From the NCBI GenBank assembly GCA_963665095.1, contig OY762069.1:192001-256000 (forward strand): a DNA stretch of 64,000 nt, read 5' to 3'. The DNA is from an uncultured Desulfobacter sp. (GTDB taxonomy: Bacteria; Desulfobacterota; Desulfobacteria; Desulfobacterales; Desulfobacteraceae). Both the position numbers and the translations under genes were made by a program. How positions within the stretch are numbered: position 1 is the stretch's first letter; every line of letters starts with the position of its first letter. The notes under the pieces are model-generated. The model made no database searches and had not been told where the DNA came from. It saw only the letters and a program-made list of their open reading frames with translations. Shown here piece by piece: positions 17,915 through 27,101 of the stretch.

Positions 17915-19708
17915 TTAAAAGGTATGCTCGTAGGTCAGTAAAAACCCGCGTTCCTCAAGTATGGAACTGCCCCCTGCATTGATGGCGTCATCCCTGTCTA
18001 ACAGGTTGTTCACATTGAGACGAATGCTGTCTTTGTCTGTGATATCATAAGCGGCATTCAGGCTTACGTCCCAAAGGGGGTCTGTGTCATCGACCCTGTC
18101 AGATGCGTGGTGGACCATAAGATTGACCATGCCCTTGCTGAACCGGTATCCCAGGTTCAGTTGCATCCCGAACCGGAACTCGGTATCTTCCCAGTCGTCG
18201 CTGCTTACAGTTTTCTGTTCCGGCTTGCCGTAGTAAAGCCCCGCACCGCCAATCAGGCCCGTGGCCGTATCATGGCGGAAAGCCAGTTCTACCCCTGTAT
18301 TTCTGAACTTGTTGGCATTCAGGTAAATGGTTTTACCTTCCGATGTTTTGCCGCTGTAAATACGGTTGTCGATATCCATATGAAAGAGGGCCAATTTAAG
18401 GCTGTCAAACCGGGTAAACAATGTTTTCCATCCCATTTCATAGGTCCATCCGATTTCGGATTCCAGATCCCCATTAGGTTCCTGGGTGGCGGAATACCCG
18501 TACCGTTGTGACAATGTAGGTTCCCGTAAGGATCTATTGATATTCAGGTACAGGTTGCTGCTGTCTCCGAGGGCCTGCAGGATCTGAAACTGGGGGCAGA
18601 AGACATTGTCTGATGCGTTGCTGAGCACCTCCCTGGCCCCGGCCAGAAATTTTGTGGAAGCAAACAGGTCTGTTTCCGTCAAAAAGAAGAGCGCTCCCTT
18701 GTTCCGGGTATTTTTGACCCACGCGTCGTTGTTGATCCGTTTGGATAATTCGTGGTCGAAGTTGCCGCCCGCAGTCAGGGAAAATTTTTCAAAAACCCAC
18801 TTGTCCTGGATATCTGCGCCATAAATTCGGCCTCGCTGTTTCCCGGTGGGGTTTGTATATGTCCACTCCCGGTTTTGTCCGTAGACCATTATCTTGAGGT
18901 TTTCATGTTTATAGCTGGCCTGGCCGATATCGTATACGGTTTCATTTTCCCATGGTGCGCCTGCGGAAAGACCTGTGGACGCACTGTACTTGGAGCTTGT
19001 GGTTTCTCGCTGACTGTGCAGGAACATAAAGTTGAAATGCTTGTTCAGCTCGTAGTTCAGGGTGAGGTTATCCCGTTTCAGGTCATCACCATAATAGTTG
19101 GTTCTTGACGTATAAATGAGCCCTCGCTGCTGTTCCTGGAAATGCTCGTAGGCCAGGGAAAGCCCTTTGGCGGATAAAAAAGCGCTACCCTGTCGTTTCC
19201 CGTTGTTTCCTGCCCCAACCGAAATCGTGCTGGGCCCGTCTTTTTTAGTGATAATATTTACTACACCTGTTGTGGCGTCGCTGCCGTACAGAACAGCAGA
19301 TCCGCCTTTGACAAGCTCCACACGTTCGATGCCTGATGTGGCAAAGCTGCCCAATTGAAAATATCCGTCGTTGGCAAGGGGAATGCCGTTGACCAGGATG
19401 GTCAGGTATCCGGTGATACCCCTGAACCCGGGGAGTCCGTTTCCGGACGGGGACCTTGAAATCGAAAAGTCCGGGACTGTACTGATAACATCCAAAAGAG
19501 TTTTGGCCCCCATGTTCTTGATGTCTTCACTGGTAAAAACCTGGGTTGAGGCCGGAATTTCTATATCTTTCTTCTCGCCACGGGTTGCAGTGACGATCAT
19601 TGGATCAAGTTCTGACGTATCATCTTCCTGGGCTTGGATATTGCCTGAAACCAAAATGAGGATGATCATTGACAAAAAGATTGTAAGAGTTTTTTTAAAT
19701 CGAGTCAT
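17915..19708 (-). CDS. TonB-dependent outer-membrane receptor (BtuB-like)
   Basis: Signal peptide, TonB box DPMIVTATR, plug motif IERVELVKGGSAVLYGSDA, VNNLLD and C-terminal F. First gene after a cobalamin riboswitch. Confidence 0.9.
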   Translation of the reverse strand: MTRFKKTLTIFLSMIILILVSGNIQAQEDDTSELDPMIVTATRGEKKDIEIPASTQVFTSEDIKNMGAKTLLDVISTVPDFSISRSPSGNGLPGFRGITGYLTILVNGIPLANDGYFQLGSFATSGIERVELVKGGSAVLYGSDATTGVVNIITKKDGPSTISVGAGNNGKRQGSAFLSAKGLSLAYEHFQEQQRGLIYTSRTNYYGDDLKRDNLTLNYELNKHFNFMFLHSQRETTSSKYSASTGLSAGAPWENETVYDIGQASYKHENLKIMVYGQNREWTYTNPTGKQRGRIYGADIQDKWVFEKFSLTAGGNFDHELSKRINNDAWVKNTRNKGALFFLTETDLFASTKFLAGAREVLSNASDNVFCPQFQILQALGDSSNLYLNINRSLREPTLSQRYGYSATQEPNGDLESEIGWTYEMGWKTLFTRFDSLKLALFHMDIDNRIYSGKTSEGKTIYLNANKFRNTGVELAFRHDTATGLIGGAGLYYGKPEQKTVSSDDWEDTEFRFGMQLNLGYRFSKGMVNLMVHHASDRVDDTDPLWDVSLNAAYDITDKDSIRLNVNNLLDRDDAINAGGSSILEERGFLLTYEHTF

Positions 19709-19758
19709 GTTGCGGTTCCCTTTTCATATAGTTGTGAGTTTAAATCATTCGCCCAAAT

Positions 19759-19797
19759 AAAAAACCCCGGCTCATTATATAAATGAGTCCGGGGATT
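19759..19797 (-). terminator. Riboswitch expression-platform terminator (attenuator)
   Basis: Minus strand CCCCGGACTCATT-TATAT-AATGAGCCGGGG followed by a T run, between the aptamer and the first ORF. Confidence 0.75.
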
Positions 19798-19854
19798 CCC
19801 TTTTTTTCCACGAAACACAGCTTACCCCTTTCCCGGCTTCGAGGGATAGGGTTA

Positions 19855-20060
19855 TCTTTTTTCAGGCAGGTCTTCTGACTTCCGGATCAATCTACTTGTT
19901 GCGTCTTCCCAGCGGTTTTATCGAAAAAGCCTGTTCCGGTTTTTTTTAAACCACCAGTGACATCCTGCTACAACTTTCGTCCCCGGTTACAGCGGCGGGC
20001 CCGTTCCGGCATTAAACCGGATTCCCTATTAAGCTCATTAAGAGCACCTAAAAAAAATTA
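19855..20060 (-). ncRNA. Cobalamin (AdoCbl) riboswitch 1
   Basis: Minus strand AGGTG...AATAGGGAATCCGGT...CCGGAACGGGCCCGCCGCTGTAA...GTCACTG...GGGAAGAC...AGTCAGAAGACCTGCCT (B12 box). Confidence 0.95.
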
Positions 20061-20122
20061 ACAACTCAATATCTAATCGCCCTTTGGGTGTCAATATGAA
20101 TATTAATTAAGTAAAAATTTTG

Positions 20123-21402
20123 GTAACTATTCAGTTCAATGAACATCAAGATTACTTAATGGGATACAATCTTTTTTCTTTTTGACAAGCAAAGAATCAC
20201 TCAGCTATAAAATCCGGCAGTTTGCCTTGGAACAATAAGCGTAACGCTTCGGTTGCTCTCATTCCATGCTTTTTGCAAGTTGATAGGTAACTGCAAACAC
20301 GACAGAAGATTGCGGCCCCCTCTGTAGAGCGAAAGCAGCCTGATATTTTCTGCTGAACTTTTGTCATCCTGATATCATTTTCGCCCTGGTTATTGCTAAA
20401 CGGAACCTGTTGTTCATCCATAAAGCAAAGAATCTCCGTTTCATAGTCTATTAGCCGTTCCAGCCTGACTGATCTGCAATAGGAGGTCTCTCATGTCCCT
20501 GGCCCATGATTGTTTGTCCTGTTCCCAGGCTCTTTCCAGTTCTCTGAGGTGATGAGCATTACACAGGGCATGATGGCAGTCTAATTTGAAATATGGTTTC
20601 CAATGATCATGGCAAAGAACCCCCTTGAAATTCGGAATCTTTACCTGATCCTGAAAATCTTCTTCAATCCGTTTATACGGAACCAATTGGTACTGTGACA
20701 TATAGACTGAATGGACTTTCACATTAAGGCCATATTGCACCGGGCGGGTGACTCCTTCAGGGAATGGAGCCGTGAACTTTTTCCCATTGGCATCTTCAAG
20801 AATTTGTGCCCTGTATTCGGTTACTATCCGTGAAATATCAATATCGACAACCTGTCTGGATTCAAACCCTGCATCTTTGTACATCCCTTCCGGCAGAGTT
20901 TTTCTGTCCAAAGGGATATCTTCAATAAAATCCGGGGAATCAAATTGTTGCAGAGTAGTGCCGGTATGTCCTTTTTGTCCTCCAACTTTGCGGTCTCCCG
21001 TTGGTTTCTTTTTCTTGTTCCGGTTAGGGTCTGTTGAAGGAGGTTTGCTGCTGTTACGACTGTTGAGGCCCAGTTGATTCATCATAAGAATGATTAATAC
21101 CAGCAACATCTCTATGGTGCTTTTCAAAGCAGGGGAAACGCCAGGGTCATTTGAATGAAGATATTATAACACAGGTTTTTGAGGTAATTTTTTTCGAACA
21201 TAAAGGCGTTTTTACGCATTTTTAAATTTTGGATATGGCTGGCCATTCATCTGTCGGCTAAAAACCAGTGGATCTGATGATATCCGTTATAACCCTCCCC
21301 AATGAAGGGTTTTGTATATGAAACCGAAAATTCAAATTTTTCGCCAAAACCCCTGTCAAGGAGAAAATGACATCAAATGCATTTTTTTTGCTGAATAGTT
21401 AC
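20123..21402 (-). mobile_element. Internally deleted, non-autonomous IS66-family element
   Basis: Perfect 12-bp TIRs GTAACTATTCAG (20123-20134) / CTGAATAGTTAC (21391-21402) enclosing TnpC fragments. Confidence 0.85.
20197..21127 (-). pseudogene. IS66 transposase (TnpC) pseudogene
   Basis: Motifs NSRNSSKPPSTD, GGQKGHTG, CNAHHLREL and NNQGENDIRMTKVQQKISGCFRS are split over two frames. The central DET catalytic region is missing. Confidence 0.85.
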
Positions 21403-21809
21403 TTTATCTGCTGGTATTCGGCATGGGCCGGGCCTGCGTGGGCATTGCAGGAGGCCTGATGCCCTCCTATCTGGCAGTCCACCCGGAAGTGGGCACCCTT
21501 TTCGGGCTCATTGCCTTTGTCATTGTTGCCATGGCCGGCCTCACCGCCACAGAGGTGAAAACCGCCGTGGACCTGATTTTAAGGATCAGGGAAAACGGGG
21601 TCACCCTCCTGGTGGTGGAGCATATCATGGAGGCCATCATGCCCATTGCCGACAAGGTGGTAGTGCTGGACGGCGGGAAAAAGATCGCAGACGGCCCGCC
21701 CAATGAGATCATCGAGGACGAACAGGTGATCAAGGCCTATTTTGGAGAAAAATACAGCAAACGGTTGAAACAGGAGAGGAAAAATGGTCAGTCCCCTGCT
21801 CAAGGTTGA
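21403..21809 (+). pseudogene. In-frame chimera of a LivH-type permease fragment and a LivG ATPase C-terminus
   Basis: FGMGRACVGIAGGL...LIAFVIVA (LivH-like) joined to MAGLTATE...LLVVEHIM...ADKVVVLDGG...KAYFG (LivG-like). No Walker A. Begins at the IS end. Confidence 0.75.
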
Positions 21810-22500
21810 TGATATTCACTGCGGATATGACGGCGTGCCAGTGATTCACGGCATCTCCATTGAGGTCTATCCCGGAGAACTTGTGGCCATTGTAGGCACC
21901 AACGGCGCCGGGAAAACCACGCTGATGAAAACCATTGCAGGGCTCATCCGGCCCTCCCGGGGCACCCTGTCTTTCAAAGGCGCAGACATCACGTCCCTGC
22001 CGGCCCATAAGACCGTCCGGCGGGGCATCAGCTATGTCCCCGAAGGCCGGCGTCTGTTTTCCAAACTCTCTGTGCGGGAAAACCTGGAAATGGGATCCTG
22101 CATTGTCAAAGACCGGGGCGAAATTGCTGCCCGCCTGGATGAGATGTTTTCCCTGTTCCCCATCCTCAAGACCCGTGCCGATCAGATGGCCGAAACCATG
22201 AGCGGCGGCGAACAGCAGATGCTGGCCATTGCCAGGGGCCTGATGTCAAAGCCTGAGCTTTTGATGCTGGATGAGATGTCCTTAGGATTGATGCCCTCAT
22301 TGGTGGAAAAGATGATGGAAACCATCCAGGCGGTTCACGAGGCAGGAGTCACGGTGCTCTTAGTCGAGCAGATGGTTCAGGATGCTCTGGAGGTGGCCCA
22401 GCGCGGGTATGTGATTCAGACCGGGAAGGTTGTACTCTCCGGCATGTCTGAAGATCTTCTGGCCTCAGAAGAAGTCCGTCAGGCCTACATGGGAATGTAG
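21784..22500 (+). CDS. livF: Branched-chain amino acid ABC transporter ATP-binding protein
   Basis: GTNGAGKTT, VPEGRRLF, MSGGEQQMLAIARGLM and QAYMG. Confidence 0.9.
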   Translation: MVSPLLKVDDIHCGYDGVPVIHGISIEVYPGELVAIVGTNGAGKTTLMKTIAGLIRPSRGTLSFKGADITSLPAHKTVRRGISYVPEGRRLFSKLSVRENLEMGSCIVKDRGEIAARLDEMFSLFPILKTRADQMAETMSGGEQQMLAIARGLMSKPELLMLDEMSLGLMPSLVEKMMETIQAVHEAGVTVLLVEQMVQDALEVAQRGYVIQTGKVVLSGMSEDLLASEEVRQAYMGM

Positions 22501-22579
22501 GTTTAAATGAAGCAATCTGCTTCATCAATGTCCAATTCCTTTACACCCTGGAAAATCAAGCCAATAGCCATGGTTGGGA

Positions 22580-22614
22580 TTTTAGCGGAAATCCAAAGCA
22601 AAAATCCGCTAAAA
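22580..22614. promoter_or_regulatory. Inverted repeat, putative activator site upstream of the pta sigma54 promoter
   Basis: TTTTAGCGGA-N15-TCCGCTAAAA, about 60 bp upstream of the -24 box. Confidence 0.5.
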
Positions 22615-22675
22615 CCCCAATGAAAATAAGCCCTTCTCCCTCGAAACACCCACAAGAAAATATGGGTGCCGCCAA

Positions 22676-22691
22676 TGGCACCCAATTTGCT
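22676..22691 (+). promoter_or_regulatory. Sigma54 (-24/-12) promoter for pta
   Basis: TGGCACCCAATTTGCT, near consensus. Confidence 0.8.
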
Positions 22692-22745
22692 CTGGGAACA
22701 TCTTTAATTGCCGGCCCAATTGTTGCCGGTATTGGATAACAACAA

Positions 22746-22879
22746 CGTCTGACACGAAACCCGGGTTTGGACGAGAAGTTGTCCGGATGCAAGGCGCAAG
22801 AGAGGTTGCAACCTTCAGGTTGTGAGGATTGCAGCCTCTCGCAGCAACGCCGCAGGCGGGCGGGTTTTCGTTCAAACCC
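22746..22879. repeat. Palindromic MITE-like repeat, copy 2 (in the pta leader)
   Basis: Shares TTTGGACG, GATGCAAGGCGCAAG, GTGAGGATTGCAGC, GCAGCAACGCCGCAGG and TTTTCGTTCAAAC with 8968-9123. Confidence 0.75.
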
Positions 22880-22898
22880 CAAAGAGGAAGGCTTTTTT

Positions 22899-25019
22899 AT
22901 GGCTAACAGTCTGTACATTACCCCCACTGAAACCCGAAGCGGAAAATCTCTCATCGTTCTCGGCATCATGCAGCTGCTGCTCAAAGATATCCGGATTGTG
23001 GGATTTTTCAGACCCATTATCAATCCCCCCGCAAAGGGCGCAAGGGATCATGATATTGATCTGGTCCTTTCTAATTTTTACATTGGGATGCAATATGAAG
23101 AAACATATGCCTACACCCTGGAAGAGGCCAAGCAGATGGTCAACTCCGGCCGCCAGGCTGAGATGATGGAAACCATTTTGAACAAGTATAAAGCACTGGA
23201 GGAAAAATGCCGGTTTGTCCTGTGTGAGGGGACTGACTTTGCCGCAGGCTCCGAGGCCTTTGAATTTGATATCAATGCCGATATCATTGCAGATATCGGG
23301 TGTCCTGCCCTGGTGGTCTCCAATGGATATGAAAAAGATGAAGACCAGGTGGTCAGTTCCTGCCAGCTGGCTGTGGAGAGTCTTATCCACCGGGGTGTGG
23401 ATGTGCTGGCTCTGATGGTCAACCGGGTGACGGCTGACGCTTTGGAGAATCTTAAAACAGATCTTGAGCTGGCCCTGTCCCGGCCTGAAGTGCTGGTATA
23501 TACCATTCCTGAGACCCCGGCCTTAAGCCGGCCCTCTGTCAGGGATCTGCTTCAGCCGGTGGATGCCCAGGTGCTTTATGGCCGGAATGCCCTGGAAAAC
23601 CAGATATCCGAGTGTGTCATTGCCGCCATGCTGGCGCCCAATTTCCTGGATCATATTAAAAAGGACTGTTTGGTTGTCACTGCCGGGGACCGGTCCAGTA
23701 TTGTGATCACCTGTCTGGCCTCACGGCAGTCCCTGGCATATCCGGATATTGCAGGTATCCTTGTTACCGGCGGTATTCCCATACCTGATTCCATGATGCG
23801 GCTTATCCAGGGATGGAAAGAGCTGCCCGTGCCGATTCTTCAAACCCGGATGGACACCCATTCGGCTGTCAAAGCAGTTGACAATGTTTACGGCCGGATT
23901 TCACCGGATGATCCCCGGCGCATTGCTTTGGGGCTGGGGGTTTTTGAAGCCTGTGTAAACGCCCACGCCTTCAGGCAGCGCCTTTCTGCCAGAAAATCCA
24001 TCCGGATCACCCCGCAGATGTTTGAATACAGTCTCATTGAAAAAGCCAAGAAAAACCGCCAGCATATTGTGCTGCCCGAGGGTACCAGTGAACGGGTGCT
24101 TAAGGCTGCCGATATCCTTTTACGGCGCTCGTTTTGTGATATTACCCTTTTGGGCAAAACCGAGGCGGTTCAGCGCCGCATCAAGGAGCTGGGGCTGAAT
24201 CTGCCGGATGCCAGAATTGTTCAGCCGGATGAAAGTCCCCTGCTGGATGATTATGCCAATACCTATTTTGAATTGAGAAAACACAAAGGCGTCACCCTGG
24301 ACATGGCCCGGGATACCCTGGCCGACCCGTCTTACTTCGGCACCATGATGGTACATAAAGGCGATGCCGACGGCATGGTGTCCGGTTCAGTGAACACTAC
24401 GGCCCACACCATCCTGCCGGCGTTCCAGATTATTAAAACCCAGCCTGGGTCCACCATAGTCTCTTCTGTATTCCTCATGTGCCTGAAAGATAGGGTGCTG
24501 GTGTTTGGTGACTGTGCTGTGAACCCCAACCCCACTGCGTCTCAGCTGTCGGAAATTGCAGTGGCATCGGCACGCACTGCCGCCATTTTCGGCATTGAAC
24601 CCCGGGTGGCCATGCTCTCTTATTCCACAGGATCTTCCGGCTCCGGCGCCGATGTGGACAAGGTGATCCAGGCCACAGCCATGGCACGGGAGGCAGCCCC
24701 TGACCTCCCCATTGAAGGCCCCATCCAGTACGATGCCGCCATTGATCCGGCTGTTGCCATGACCAAGCTGCCGGGCTCCAAGGTGGCTGGCAGGGCCACG
24801 GTATTTATTTTCCCGGATCTGAATACCGGAAACAATACCTACAAGGCCGTGCAGCGGGCCTCTGACAAGGCCGTGGCCATTGGTCCGGTTCTCCAGGGTC
24901 TGAACCGGCCCATTAACGATTTAAGCCGGGGATGCACTGTCCCGGATATTGTCAACACCGTTGCCATCACCGCCATCCAGGCCCAGGCCGGAAAGGTGGC
25001 GCGGGAGACTAATATTTAA
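22899..25019 (+). CDS. pta: Phosphate acetyltransferase (long form with BioD-like and DRTGG domains)
   Basis: HIVLPEG, DGMVSG, FGDCAVNPNP, GPIQYDAA and NDLSRGC. The true start is ATG 22899; the track's upstream extension is repeat DNA. Confidence 0.95.
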   Translation: MANSLYITPTETRSGKSLIVLGIMQLLLKDIRIVGFFRPIINPPAKGARDHDIDLVLSNFYIGMQYEETYAYTLEEAKQMVNSGRQAEMMETILNKYKALEEKCRFVLCEGTDFAAGSEAFEFDINADIIADIGCPALVVSNGYEKDEDQVVSSCQLAVESLIHRGVDVLALMVNRVTADALENLKTDLELALSRPEVLVYTIPETPALSRPSVRDLLQPVDAQVLYGRNALENQISECVIAAMLAPNFLDHIKKDCLVVTAGDRSSIVITCLASRQSLAYPDIAGILVTGGIPIPDSMMRLIQGWKELPVPILQTRMDTHSAVKAVDNVYGRISPDDPRRIALGLGVFEACVNAHAFRQRLSARKSIRITPQMFEYSLIEKAKKNRQHIVLPEGTSERVLKAADILLRRSFCDITLLGKTEAVQRRIKELGLNLPDARIVQPDESPLLDDYANTYFELRKHKGVTLDMARDTLADPSYFGTMMVHKGDADGMVSGSVNTTAHTILPAFQIIKTQPGSTIVSSVFLMCLKDRVLVFGDCAVNPNPTASQLSEIAVASARTAAIFGIEPRVAMLSYSTGSSGSGADVDKVIQATAMAREAAPDLPIEGPIQYDAAIDPAVAMTKLPGSKVAGRATVFIFPDLNTGNNTYKAVQRASDKAVAIGPVLQGLNRPINDLSRGCTVPDIVNTVAITAIQAQAGKVARETNI

Positions 25020-25027
25020 AATCAACT

Positions 25028-25063
25028 CCCGGCCGGTTGCAGGCATACCTGCAACCGGCCGGG
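25028..25063. terminator. GC-rich hairpin after pta
   Basis: 16-bp perfect stem CCCGGCCGGTTGCAGG-CATA-CCTGCAACCGGCCGGG; no clear U tract. Confidence 0.55.
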
Positions 25064-25398
25064 CCGCCCCTTGCCTTGCCAACACATAAGACCTCTTGTC
25101 TTTTTGAATTGCTGCCTCTCCCTTCCGCGAAAAAGTAAAAGCAATAAGAGATATTTCGGAATCAGGAGGGCAAATATCCGTCGTTATATAAGTTGTAATC
25201 AATAAGATTCCCCTGTCTTCGAACCGACTGTTTTGCAAGGTCATCCAAAAATTTCAAATTAAATAAATTTCTATTGACAAGAATCAGATTCATATTCTAT
25301 TAAGCATTAATATTGTTAATAAATATTAATTCTATTAACATTAATTCAATTAATATTTATGTAATTAATTCTTATTTCATACCTATAAGGGGGGGACA

Positions 25399-26454
25399 AT
25401 GGCGAAAATCAGATTCGATCTTGTTATTTGTTTGGTGCTTGTTTTTTCATTTGCCTGTGGCCTTGGCAATGCGTTGGGGGCGGACAAGGTGTATGAATGG
25501 AAATTTGTTCTGGACTGGCCTGAGACTGATATCAGTAATCAAAAAGTCGCCCCGAAGTTTGCAAAATGGCTGGAAGCTGAATCCAACGGCCGTTTGAAGC
25601 TCAAGATATACGGAGGGGGACAACTGGTGCCGGCCGTTCAGTCCTTTGACAATCTGCGTGCCGGGACCTTTCAACTGCTGGCCACATGTGGCGCCTATCA
25701 TGGCGGGAAAGTGCCGGTTGCCAACGCCGCTTTCGTGCTGCCCATGGGGCCAAGAGGGGCGGATGATTACTGGCGTTTGTATTTTGAATACGGGCTTAAG
25801 GACCTTCTATCCGAGGCCTATAAGGAACATGGTGTCGAGTTCTTGACCATAACGCCATGGAGCGGCTTGAATGTTCTGTCAAAAAAGCCGCTCCGTACTC
25901 TGGCCGATTTCAAGGGCATTAAAATCAGAACAGCTGGCATTCAGGCCGCGTTATGGAAGAGCGTTGGTGCAAGTGCCGTATTTATTCCCAGCGGGGAGAT
26001 ATATCTCTCCTTACAGCAGGGTGTTGTGGATGCTGCAACCTGGTCCAATCCTGCCATTGACGGCTTGAAACTGTCTGAAGTGACAAAATATATGGTCTGC
26101 GGTTACCCAACGCCCCCGGGAAGCTCACTGAGTGCCGGCAGCGGCGTTCTGATTGCAAATGCCAAGGCATTTGGGAAGTTGCCCCAGGATTTACAGAAGG
26201 TGGTCCAGGATTGTGCGCTGAAATACGGGTTATTAACATCGGCGGTATATCGGGACTTTGACAACGAGTTTTTCAGCGGTGGCGACAAAAAAAGAGGCAT
26301 GGAGGCAATCTCATTGTCCAAGGAAGAGACTGATAAACTCAGAGGTATTGCCATGGAGGAGATCTGGCCCAAAGTTTCCGGGAAAGACAAGCGAAGCGCC
26401 CAATATGTTGACAGTGTAAAACAGCTTTTTAAAGATGAAGGGGTCATAAAATAG
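25399..26454 (+). CDS. dctP: TRAP transporter substrate-binding protein
   Basis: Signal peptide, SNGRLKLKIYGGGQL, DFKGIKIR and EIYLSLQQGVVDA. Confidence 0.9.
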   Translation: MAKIRFDLVICLVLVFSFACGLGNALGADKVYEWKFVLDWPETDISNQKVAPKFAKWLEAESNGRLKLKIYGGGQLVPAVQSFDNLRAGTFQLLATCGAYHGGKVPVANAAFVLPMGPRGADDYWRLYFEYGLKDLLSEAYKEHGVEFLTITPWSGLNVLSKKPLRTLADFKGIKIRTAGIQAALWKSVGASAVFIPSGEIYLSLQQGVVDAATWSNPAIDGLKLSEVTKYMVCGYPTPPGSSLSAGSGVLIANAKAFGKLPQDLQKVVQDCALKYGLLTSAVYRDFDNEFFSGGDKKRGMEAISLSKEETDKLRGIAMEEIWPKVSGKDKRSAQYVDSVKQLFKDEGVIK

Positions 26455-26567
26455 TCAGGGCGGGTTTCAAGTTTCCTCAAACTGTAAATCTGGAAGATCA
26501 GGCTTCGGGGATGGGGCCCGCGAAATAACGTCCCGTCCCCGCTTCCTGGCATAGCGAGCGAATTAGG

Positions 26568-27095
26568 ATGAATAAACTACATTGGTGTTTTGAATTGGTT
26601 AATAAAACGAATAGAAGGATCGGCATTGCCGTAAGCTATTCAATTCCCCTGTTAGGCCTGCTGCTCGTATTTGAAATCATCATGAGGTATGTATTTAACC
26701 GGCCCACCACATGGGTACACGATATCAGCCAGTTTCTTTTCGGCATCGGATATATGCTGGGAGCCGGGTATACACTGCTGATAGACGGCCATGCCAATAT
26801 GGATATGCTGTACAACCGATTCGGAGAAAAGGGCAGGGCGCTTCTGAACACACTATCAGGCGTGCTCTTTCTGTTTTTCATGAGCATTTTAATATGGAAA
26901 TGCGGCATTATGGCATGGGACTCTTTAAAGTACAAAGAGGTTCTGACGCAAAGCTCTTTTGAGCCTCCCATTTATCCCATGAAAATCATTTTATTCATCG
27001 GATGTCTGCTGCTCGGACTGCAGGGCGTGGTAAAGCTGCTGGAGAATATTCTGGTGCTGTTTGGCATGGAATTGGATTTAAAAACAAAGGATTAA
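26568..27095 (+). CDS. dctQ: TRAP transporter small permease
   Basis: Four TM segments, RYVFNRPTTW and GHANMD. Confidence 0.9.
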   Translation: MNKLHWCFELVNKTNRRIGIAVSYSIPLLGLLLVFEIIMRYVFNRPTTWVHDISQFLFGIGYMLGAGYTLLIDGHANMDMLYNRFGEKGRALLNTLSGVLFLFFMSILIWKCGIMAWDSLKYKEVLTQSSFEPPIYPMKIILFIGCLLLGLQGVVKLLENILVLFGMELDLKTKD

Positions 27096-27101
27096 AAGGA
27101 T

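Noticed and set aside
22503..22575. Possible minus-strand C-terminal gene remnant (MAIGLIFQGVKEL..., vaguely MarC-like)
   Set aside because: Too short to support without a search, and the upstream part is promoter DNA.
22767..22898. Cys-containing N-terminal extension of Pta
   Set aside because: It is a translation of the repeat element; the RBS and homology start at ATG 22899.
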